Below are positions 1 through 8,900 of a DNA stretch of 36,020 nt, piece after piece. The notes below the pieces were generated by a model. That model searched no databases, was not told the origin of the DNA, and saw only the letters and a list, made by a program, of their open reading frames with translations. Made by a program: the position numbers and the translations under genes. Numbering within the stretch: the first letter of the stretch is position 1; each line of letters starts with the position of its first letter. This DNA is from Chiloscyllium plagiosum (taxonomy: Eukaryota). The DNA is taken from contig NW_025213801.1 of assembly GCF_004010195.1 (NCBI RefSeq), positions 1 through 36,020 on the forward strand. Reading direction: 5' to 3'.

Positions 1-63
1 AACTCAATGTTTGACCATATGATTAAATGAGGCAAACTTGTGAATGGAACACTCCTTTCGTGT

Positions 64-610
64 GTTTTGAGAAGATTGTTTAGCTCAAGTTAAGGTTTTG
101 GATGTAGGTTTGCTCGCTGAGCTGAAAGATTCATTTCCAGACGTTTCGTTACCTTACTAGGTAATATCTTCAGTGGACCTCAGGCGAAGCAATGCTGACA
201 CATCCTGCTTTCTTATTATATTTTTGGGTTTCTTTGGTGAGTGATGTCATTTTCTTTGTTCATTTAATTTCCTGTGTGAAGTCACTTTCTGTTTCTTTCC
301 TCAGGAGCAGGTAGATGGGGTCTAACTCAATGTGTTTGTTGATATAGTTTTGGTTGGGATGCCGTGCTTCTAGGAATTCTCGTGCGTGTACTTGTTTGGC
401 TTTTCCTTGGATGGATGCATTGTCCCAGTTGAGGTCGTATCCTTCCTCATCCGTATGTGAGGATACTAATAAGAGAGAGTCATGTGCTTTTGTGGCTAGT
501 TGGTGTTCATGTATCCTGGTGGCTAGTTTTCTGCATGTTTGTCCAATGTAGTGTTTGTTATAGTCCTTGCACGGCAGTTTGCAAATGACGTAAGTTTTGC
601 TCATTGTCCT
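64..610 (-). mobile_element. Penelope-like retroelement (PLE), 3' fragment: GIY-YIG endonuclease remnant plus pLTR-type terminal region with hammerhead motif
   Basis: The minus-strand ORF 260-613 reads like a PLE GIY-YIG domain. Downstream on the same strand is CTGAAGA...GAAACGTC (173-140), typical of PLE pLTRs. Boundaries are approximate. Confidence 0.85.
136..177 (-). ncRNA. Minimal (PLE-type) hammerhead ribozyme motif, probably impaired
   Basis: The minus strand reads UCCA-CUGAAGA-U-AUUACC-UAGUAA-GGUAAC-GAAAC-GUC-UGGA. Stem I is UCCA/UGGA, the core is CUGANGA and GAAA, stem II is UUACC/GGUAA, and there is a palindromic ACGU stem III with a GUC cleavage triplet. The stem II closing pair is A.C instead of G-C. 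Confidence 0.75.
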
Positions 611-613
611 CAA
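260..613 (-). pseudogene. Decayed GIY-YIG endonuclease C-terminal fragment of a Penelope ORF (no RT domain in view)
   Basis: The translation contains YVICKLPCKDYNKHYIGQT (degenerate VIYxIPCxxC...YIGQT), RIHEH, REFLEA and INKH. The first Tyr motif and one Cys are substituted, and the frame is cut off at about 610 by unrelated LTR sequence. Confidence 0.8.
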
Positions 614-624
614 TCAGGTAACAA

Positions 625-1208
625 TGTAACAACCGGTTGAAGACTAAATTAGCTGGTTGCTTAGATACGACCAAACAGATTTGAATTAGGCCAACCAGTT
701 TAAATTATACCCTTAAAAATACCAAACTCCAAATCAGTTTGAACTTAATATATTGTCAATTCTAAAAACCAATGACATAATCTCATGCTTTGAGGGTATA
801 AGAGTGGAGAAAATCGAACAGTTGGAAGGAGAACTGCAAGCTGACAATATCTGCATACCGATCAGAAAAATCGCTCTCAGGTAACAGTAACCTTGTGAAA
901 AGAGGAAAAGAAACAGGAATGCAGAGAAAACTGAAAGCTGCCTGGTTTTGAGATAAGACAATTTGTTTGGCGATTCTTACTTGGGAGTTTTAACGGGCTC
1001 TTATTATAGAAGGGAAGGGAAAACATCGGAAGGAGAAGTCAGTAGTTGTTAGTTAATTATACTCTGTTAAACTTTAAGAAATGAAGTTGTTAAATTTTAC
1101 TTTAACTAGTTCGTGGCCTATCGAATTTTCACAGATTCTGGCACTGGATAAAGCTTTTCTGTGTTGCTGGTTTTAAATTAGCAGTGGAGTTTGCCCCATG
1201 TCATAACA
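625..1208 (+). mobile_element. 5' LTR of an LTR retrotransposon (Gypsy-like)
   Basis: Ends in ...TCATAACA (1201-1208) directly before a tRNA primer-binding site and contains CCAAT and TATA-like motifs. A TGTAAC at 625 is the candidate start, but the left boundary is uncertain and may be truncated. Confidence 0.65.
769..802 (+). promoter_or_regulatory. Putative LTR promoter: CCAAT (769-773) and TATAAG (797-802)
   Basis: Motifs seen in sequence in a plausible position inside the inferred LTR. They are short, so support is contextual only. Confidence 0.4.
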
Positions 1209-1211
1209 TCT

Positions 1212-1238
1212 TGTGGGGCCCGGGTCCGTGATTTGAAC
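1212..1238 (+). other. Primer-binding site complementary to the tRNA-Pro 3' end (degenerate)
   Basis: TGTGGGGCCCGGGTCCGTGATTTGAAC resembles the tRNA-Pro complement TGGGGGCTCGTCCGGGATTTGAAC and begins 3 nt after the LTR-terminal CA. Confidence 0.7.
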
Positions 1239-1393
1239 TAGTTTAGACAGATTTCATTGTATTCGTGGATACGAAAAGCTCCAGCAGATTTAAACAAACG
1301 CAGGCGAGTGTTGTAGATTTTTAAATAAACCGTAGTGGACGAAATTTATTTAATTTCGTTGACTTGTGGTTGGTTCAATTAAAAGTGAGAGAA

Positions 1394-1455
1394 ATGTCTC
1401 TTAAAATTACCGAAGAGATTCTGGGGTTTGCAGATGATTCTCAAGTTTTCCAAGA
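1394..1455 (+). pseudogene. Probable first ~20 codons of the LTR element gag ORF, truncated by the CR1 fragment
   Basis: ATG at 1394, about 155 nt after the PBS, reading MSLKITEEILGFADDSQVFQ before the sequence switches to CR1. Positional inference; too short for domain evidence. Confidence 0.4.
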
Positions 1456-2048
1456 ATGCAGGGAGGAAAGGGTGGTGCGAGGGAGCCGTGGTTTAATAAG
1501 GAATTGGAATCCCTTGTTAAATGGAAGAGGGCGGCCTATCTCAAGATGAGACGTGAAGGTTCAATTGGGGCGACTGAGAGTTATAGGGTAGCCAGGAAGG
1601 ACCTGAAGAGAGACGTGAAGGTTCAATTGGGGCGACTGAGAGTTATAGGGTAGCCAGGAAGGACCTGAAGAGAGACGTGAAGGTTCAATTGGGGCGACTG
1701 AGAGTTATAGGGTAGCCAGGAAGGACCTGAAGAGAGACGTGAAGGTTCAATTGGGGCGACTGAGAGTTATAGGGTAGCCAGGAAGGACCTGAAGAGAGAC
1801 GTGAAGGTTCAATTGGGGCGATTGAGAGTTATAGGGTAGCCAGGAAGGACCTGAAGAGAGAGCAAAGAGCAGCAAGGAGGGGACATGAAAGGTCCTTAGT
1901 CGGTAGGATTAAGGAAAACCCTAAGGCTTTCTATAGGTATGTTAGGAATAAAAGAATGACTAGGGTAGGAATAGGTCCAGTCAAGGATAGTAGTGGGAAG
2001 TTGCGTGTGGAGGCGGAAGAGATTGGGGAGACACAGAATGAATACTTT
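1452..2048 (+). mobile_element. CR1-clade LINE, internal ORF2 fragment (linker between APE endonuclease and RT), truncated at both ends
   Basis: Removing the extra 62-bp copies gives an uninterrupted frame ...REPWFNKELESLVKWKRAAY...YRVARKDLKREQRAARRGHERSLVGRIKENPKAFYRYVRNKRMTRVGIGPVKDSSGKL...EEIGETQNEYF. PWF, KENPKAFYRY and NEYF are characteristic CR1 ORF2 motifs. No stops and retained CpGs suggest a young copy. Confidence 0.9.
1548..1861 (+). repeat. Tandem repeat, 5 x 62 bp plus 4-bp terminal microhomology (GAGA), inside CR1 ORF2
   Basis: ACGTGAAGG recurs at 1551, 1613, 1675, 1737 and 1799. Copies are identical except C>T at 1822 in the last copy. Confidence 0.97.
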
Positions 2049-2415
2049 CAGCTGTGCTAACCACTGAACCACCGTGCTACCACCATGATGCAAACGAGGA
2101 ATTGACACCTGGGGCAGAACAGCTATAATCTTGTAGACTGTCAGGGAGGCTTGAAGAGCTAAATAGCCTACTTCTGCTCCTATTTCTTATTTTCTTACAA
2201 TCTTCGTCAGTAGATATGTGAATTAAAGGATCCCAGGAGTGGGACCATTGACATTGACATGGTGGGACCATGGATTGGATTTCAGTAGATTTCCAGAGTA
2301 GAATCCCAGAGAAAATATTTGAGATGAATTGCAGAAATATAATCCCCAGGTTGATAGCAGCAATCAGGCTATCTGACTTCCTTAACCACCACCTCCTTCC
2401 ACCTTTGATAGACTG

Positions 2416-2541
2416 TTGGGGGATGTTCTTTATGTTAGGGAATTGTCAGCTATGCTGATGGAATCATAGAATTCCTACAGTATGGAAACAGGCCATTTAG
2501 CTCAACAAGTCCATACAGACTCTCCAAAGAACATCCCCCAA
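2416..2541. repeat. Perfect 16-bp inverted repeat in each unit (2416-2431 / 2526-2541, 94-nt spacer)
   Basis: TTGGGGGATGTTCTTT at 2416-2431 is the exact reverse complement of AAAGAACATCCCCCAA at 2526-2541. Confidence 0.95.
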
Positions 2542-2825
2542 AGAACATCACACTCAGACTCAGCCCCCTACCTTATAACTTTGTATTTATCATGGCTAAT
2601 CAACCTAACCTACTCATCCCTGGACACTATGGCCAATTTAGTGTGACTAATTCACCTATCCTGCACATCATTGGACTGTGGGAGGAAACCGGAGTACCCG
2701 GATGAAACTCACACAGACAGAATGTGCAAACTCCACACAGACAGTTGCCCAAGGATGGAATTGAACCCGGGTCCCTGGCACTGTGAGGCAGCTGTGCTAA
2801 CCACTGAACCACCGTGCTACCACCA
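2461..2825 (-). mobile_element. HE1-like tRNA-derived V-SINE, first of 44 full copies (repeats every +740)
   Basis: The minus strand has a tRNA-like head GGTAGCACGGTGGTTCAGTGGTTAGCACAGCTGCCTCACAGTGCCAGGGACCCGGGTTCAATTCC, a V-domain TGTGTGGAGTTTGCACATTC...TCCGGTTTCCTCCCACAGTCCAA, and a CR1/HER-derived tail AATGGCCTGTTTCCATACTGTAGGAATTCTATGATTC. TGATG on both sides (2456-2460, 2826-2830) may be a target-site duplication. Confidence 0.9.
2757..2811 (-). promoter_or_regulatory. Internal RNA polymerase III type-2 promoter of the SINE: A box (2811-2801) and B box (2767-2757), present in each unit
   Basis: A box TGGTTCAGTGG is one mismatch from TRGCNNARYGG. B box GGTTCAATTCC matches GGTTCRANNCC. 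The 33-nt spacing is tRNA-like. Confidence 0.75.
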
Positions 2826-2937
2826 TGATGCAAACGAGGAATTGACACCTGGGGCAGAACAGCTATAATCTTGTAGACTGTCAGGGAGGCTTGAAGAGCT
2901 AAATAGCCTACTTCTGCTCCTATTTCTTATTTTCTTA
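2826..2937 (+). mobile_element. Old CR1-type LINE 3' UTR/tail within each unit (first occurrence 2086-2197)
   Basis: GGGGCAGAACAGCTATAATCTT...GGCTTGAAGAGCTAAATAGCCTACTTCTGCTCCTATTTCTTATTTTCTTA resembles a decayed CR1 3' end (GATCAGCCATGATCTT...GAATGGCCTACTCCTGCTCCTA plus a TTCTTA-type tail repeat). Confidence 0.75.
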
Positions 2938-5900
2938 CAATCTTCGTCAGTAGATATGTGAATTAAAGGATCCCAGGAGTGGGACCATTGACATTGACAT
3001 GGTGGGACCATGGATTGGATTTCAGTAGATTTCCAGAGTAGAATCCCAGAGAAAATATTTGAGATGAATTGCAGAAATATAATCCCCAGGTTGATAGCAG
3101 CAATCAGGCTATCTGACTTCCTTAACCACCACCTCCTTCCACCTTTGATAGACTGTTGGGGGATGTTCTTTATGTTAGGGAATTGTCAGCTATGCTGATG
3201 GAATCATAGAATTCCTACAGTATGGAAACAGGCCATTTAGCTCAACAAGTCCATACAGACTCTCCAAAGAACATCCCCCAAAGAACATCACACTCAGACT
3301 CAGCCCCCTACCTTATAACTTTGTATTTATCATGGCTAATCAACCTAACCTACTCATCCCTGGACACTATGGCCAATTTAGTGTGACTAATTCACCTATC
3401 CTGCACATCATTGGACTGTGGGAGGAAACCGGAGTACCCGGATGAAACTCACACAGACAGAATGTGCAAACTCCACACAGACAGTTGCCCAAGGATGGAA
3501 TTGAACCCGGGTCCCTGGCACTGTGAGGCAGCTGTGCTAACCACTGAACCACCGTGCTACCACCATGATGCAAACGAGGAATTGACACCTGGGGCAGAAC
3601 AGCTATAATCTTGTAGACTGTCAGGGAGGCTTGAAGAGCTAAATAGCCTACTTCTGCTCCTATTTCTTATTTTCTTACAATCTTCGTCAGTAGATATGTG
3701 AATTAAAGGATCCCAGGAGTGGGACCATTGACATTGACATGGTGGGACCATGGATTGGATTTCAGTAGATTTCCAGAGTAGAATCCCAGAGAAAATATTT
3801 GAGATGAATTGCAGAAATATAATCCCCAGGTTGATAGCAGCAATCAGGCTATCTGACTTCCTTAACCACCACCTCCTTCCACCTTTGATAGACTGTTGGG
3901 GGATGTTCTTTATGTTAGGGAATTGTCAGCTATGCTGATGGAATCATAGAATTCCTACAGTATGGAAACAGGCCATTTAGCTCAACAAGTCCATACAGAC
4001 TCTCCAAAGAACATCCCCCAAAGAACATCACACTCAGACTCAGCCCCCTACCTTATAACTTTGTATTTATCATGGCTAATCAACCTAACCTACTCATCCC
4101 TGGACACTATGGCCAATTTAGTGTGACTAATTCACCTATCCTGCACATCATTGGACTGTGGGAGGAAACCGGAGTACCCGGATGAAACTCACACAGACAG
4201 AATGTGCAAACTCCACACAGACAGTTGCCCAAGGATGGAATTGAACCCGGGTCCCTGGCACTGTGAGGCAGCTGTGCTAACCACTGAACCACCGTGCTAC
4301 CACCATGATGCAAACGAGGAATTGACACCTGGGGCAGAACAGCTATAATCTTGTAGACTGTCAGGGAGGCTTGAAGAGCTAAATAGCCTACTTCTGCTCC
4401 TATTTCTTATTTTCTTACAATCTTCGTCAGTAGATATGTGAATTAAAGGATCCCAGGAGTGGGACCATTGACATTGACATGGTGGGACCATGGATTGGAT
4501 TTCAGTAGATTTCCAGAGTAGAATCCCAGAGAAAATATTTGAGATGAATTGCAGAAATATAATCCCCAGGTTGATAGCAGCAATCAGGCTATCTGACTTC
4601 CTTAACCACCACCTCCTTCCACCTTTGATAGACTGTTGGGGGATGTTCTTTATGTTAGGGAATTGTCAGCTATGCTGATGGAATCATAGAATTCCTACAG
4701 TATGGAAACAGGCCATTTAGCTCAACAAGTCCATACAGACTCTCCAAAGAACATCCCCCAAAGAACATCACACTCAGACTCAGCCCCCTACCTTATAACT
4801 TTGTATTTATCATGGCTAATCAACCTAACCTACTCATCCCTGGACACTATGGCCAATTTAGTGTGACTAATTCACCTATCCTGCACATCATTGGACTGTG
4901 GGAGGAAACCGGAGTACCCGGATGAAACTCACACAGACAGAATGTGCAAACTCCACACAGACAGTTGCCCAAGGATGGAATTGAACCCGGGTCCCTGGCA
5001 CTGTGAGGCAGCTGTGCTAACCACTGAACCACCGTGCTACCACCATGATGCAAACGAGGAATTGACACCTGGGGCAGAACAGCTATAATCTTGTAGACTG
5101 TCAGGGAGGCTTGAAGAGCTAAATAGCCTACTTCTGCTCCTATTTCTTATTTTCTTACAATCTTCGTCAGTAGATATGTGAATTAAAGGATCCCAGGAGT
5201 GGGACCATTGACATTGACATGGTGGGACCATGGATTGGATTTCAGTAGATTTCCAGAGTAGAATCCCAGAGAAAATATTTGAGATGAATTGCAGAAATAT
5301 AATCCCCAGGTTGATAGCAGCAATCAGGCTATCTGACTTCCTTAACCACCACCTCCTTCCACCTTTGATAGACTGTTGGGGGATGTTCTTTATGTTAGGG
5401 AATTGTCAGCTATGCTGATGGAATCATAGAATTCCTACAGTATGGAAACAGGCCATTTAGCTCAACAAGTCCATACAGACTCTCCAAAGAACATCCCCCA
5501 AAGAACATCACACTCAGACTCAGCCCCCTACCTTATAACTTTGTATTTATCATGGCTAATCAACCTAACCTACTCATCCCTGGACACTATGGCCAATTTA
5601 GTGTGACTAATTCACCTATCCTGCACATCATTGGACTGTGGGAGGAAACCGGAGTACCCGGATGAAACTCACACAGACAGAATGTGCAAACTCCACACAG
5701 ACAGTTGCCCAAGGATGGAATTGAACCCGGGTCCCTGGCACTGTGAGGCAGCTGTGCTAACCACTGAACCACCGTGCTACCACCATGATGCAAACGAGGA
5801 ATTGACACCTGGGGCAGAACAGCTATAATCTTGTAGACTGTCAGGGAGGCTTGAAGAGCTAAATAGCCTACTTCTGCTCCTATTTCTTATTTTCTTACAA

Positions 5901-8900
5901 TCTTCGTCAGTAGATATGTGAATTAAAGGATCCCAGGAGTGGGACCATTGACATTGACATGGTGGGACCATGGATTGGATTTCAGTAGATTTCCAGAGTA
6001 GAATCCCAGAGAAAATATTTGAGATGAATTGCAGAAATATAATCCCCAGGTTGATAGCAGCAATCAGGCTATCTGACTTCCTTAACCACCACCTCCTTCC
6101 ACCTTTGATAGACTGTTGGGGGATGTTCTTTATGTTAGGGAATTGTCAGCTATGCTGATGGAATCATAGAATTCCTACAGTATGGAAACAGGCCATTTAG
6201 CTCAACAAGTCCATACAGACTCTCCAAAGAACATCCCCCAAAGAACATCACACTCAGACTCAGCCCCCTACCTTATAACTTTGTATTTATCATGGCTAAT
6301 CAACCTAACCTACTCATCCCTGGACACTATGGCCAATTTAGTGTGACTAATTCACCTATCCTGCACATCATTGGACTGTGGGAGGAAACCGGAGTACCCG
6401 GATGAAACTCACACAGACAGAATGTGCAAACTCCACACAGACAGTTGCCCAAGGATGGAATTGAACCCGGGTCCCTGGCACTGTGAGGCAGCTGTGCTAA
6501 CCACTGAACCACCGTGCTACCACCATGATGCAAACGAGGAATTGACACCTGGGGCAGAACAGCTATAATCTTGTAGACTGTCAGGGAGGCTTGAAGAGCT
6601 AAATAGCCTACTTCTGCTCCTATTTCTTATTTTCTTACAATCTTCGTCAGTAGATATGTGAATTAAAGGATCCCAGGAGTGGGACCATTGACATTGACAT
6701 GGTGGGACCATGGATTGGATTTCAGTAGATTTCCAGAGTAGAATCCCAGAGAAAATATTTGAGATGAATTGCAGAAATATAATCCCCAGGTTGATAGCAG
6801 CAATCAGGCTATCTGACTTCCTTAACCACCACCTCCTTCCACCTTTGATAGACTGTTGGGGGATGTTCTTTATGTTAGGGAATTGTCAGCTATGCTGATG
6901 GAATCATAGAATTCCTACAGTATGGAAACAGGCCATTTAGCTCAACAAGTCCATACAGACTCTCCAAAGAACATCCCCCAAAGAACATCACACTCAGACT
7001 CAGCCCCCTACCTTATAACTTTGTATTTATCATGGCTAATCAACCTAACCTACTCATCCCTGGACACTATGGCCAATTTAGTGTGACTAATTCACCTATC
7101 CTGCACATCATTGGACTGTGGGAGGAAACCGGAGTACCCGGATGAAACTCACACAGACAGAATGTGCAAACTCCACACAGACAGTTGCCCAAGGATGGAA
7201 TTGAACCCGGGTCCCTGGCACTGTGAGGCAGCTGTGCTAACCACTGAACCACCGTGCTACCACCATGATGCAAACGAGGAATTGACACCTGGGGCAGAAC
7301 AGCTATAATCTTGTAGACTGTCAGGGAGGCTTGAAGAGCTAAATAGCCTACTTCTGCTCCTATTTCTTATTTTCTTACAATCTTCGTCAGTAGATATGTG
7401 AATTAAAGGATCCCAGGAGTGGGACCATTGACATTGACATGGTGGGACCATGGATTGGATTTCAGTAGATTTCCAGAGTAGAATCCCAGAGAAAATATTT
7501 GAGATGAATTGCAGAAATATAATCCCCAGGTTGATAGCAGCAATCAGGCTATCTGACTTCCTTAACCACCACCTCCTTCCACCTTTGATAGACTGTTGGG
7601 GGATGTTCTTTATGTTAGGGAATTGTCAGCTATGCTGATGGAATCATAGAATTCCTACAGTATGGAAACAGGCCATTTAGCTCAACAAGTCCATACAGAC
7701 TCTCCAAAGAACATCCCCCAAAGAACATCACACTCAGACTCAGCCCCCTACCTTATAACTTTGTATTTATCATGGCTAATCAACCTAACCTACTCATCCC
7801 TGGACACTATGGCCAATTTAGTGTGACTAATTCACCTATCCTGCACATCATTGGACTGTGGGAGGAAACCGGAGTACCCGGATGAAACTCACACAGACAG
7901 AATGTGCAAACTCCACACAGACAGTTGCCCAAGGATGGAATTGAACCCGGGTCCCTGGCACTGTGAGGCAGCTGTGCTAACCACTGAACCACCGTGCTAC
8001 CACCATGATGCAAACGAGGAATTGACACCTGGGGCAGAACAGCTATAATCTTGTAGACTGTCAGGGAGGCTTGAAGAGCTAAATAGCCTACTTCTGCTCC
8101 TATTTCTTATTTTCTTACAATCTTCGTCAGTAGATATGTGAATTAAAGGATCCCAGGAGTGGGACCATTGACATTGACATGGTGGGACCATGGATTGGAT
8201 TTCAGTAGATTTCCAGAGTAGAATCCCAGAGAAAATATTTGAGATGAATTGCAGAAATATAATCCCCAGGTTGATAGCAGCAATCAGGCTATCTGACTTC
8301 CTTAACCACCACCTCCTTCCACCTTTGATAGACTGTTGGGGGATGTTCTTTATGTTAGGGAATTGTCAGCTATGCTGATGGAATCATAGAATTCCTACAG
8401 TATGGAAACAGGCCATTTAGCTCAACAAGTCCATACAGACTCTCCAAAGAACATCCCCCAAAGAACATCACACTCAGACTCAGCCCCCTACCTTATAACT
8501 TTGTATTTATCATGGCTAATCAACCTAACCTACTCATCCCTGGACACTATGGCCAATTTAGTGTGACTAATTCACCTATCCTGCACATCATTGGACTGTG
8601 GGAGGAAACCGGAGTACCCGGATGAAACTCACACAGACAGAATGTGCAAACTCCACACAGACAGTTGCCCAAGGATGGAATTGAACCCGGGTCCCTGGCA
8701 CTGTGAGGCAGCTGTGCTAACCACTGAACCACCGTGCTACCACCATGATGCAAACGAGGAATTGACACCTGGGGCAGAACAGCTATAATCTTGTAGACTG
8801 TCAGGGAGGCTTGAAGAGCTAAATAGCCTACTTCTGCTCCTATTTCTTATTTTCTTACAATCTTCGTCAGTAGATATGTGAATTAAAGGATCCCAGGAGT

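Noticed and set aside
2435..2440. TTAGGG next to the unit seam as a telomerase-added repeat
   Set aside because: A single hexamer is expected by chance and fits the decayed CR1 sequence context.
2431..2458. Similarity of the seam-adjacent sequence to the left flank (TATGTTAGG at 1938-1946; TCAGCTGTGCTAA at 2048-2060 versus TCAGCTATGCTGA)
   Set aside because: The matches are short and imperfect, and 2432-2460 is more simply explained as native old CR1 sequence ending in the candidate TSD. Not excluded, but unsupported.
2750..2825. Tandem tRNA or 5S rRNA gene cluster
   Set aside because: The tRNA-like part runs directly into V-SINE core and LINE tail sequence, I could not build a convincing acceptor stem, and no 5S sequence is recognisable.
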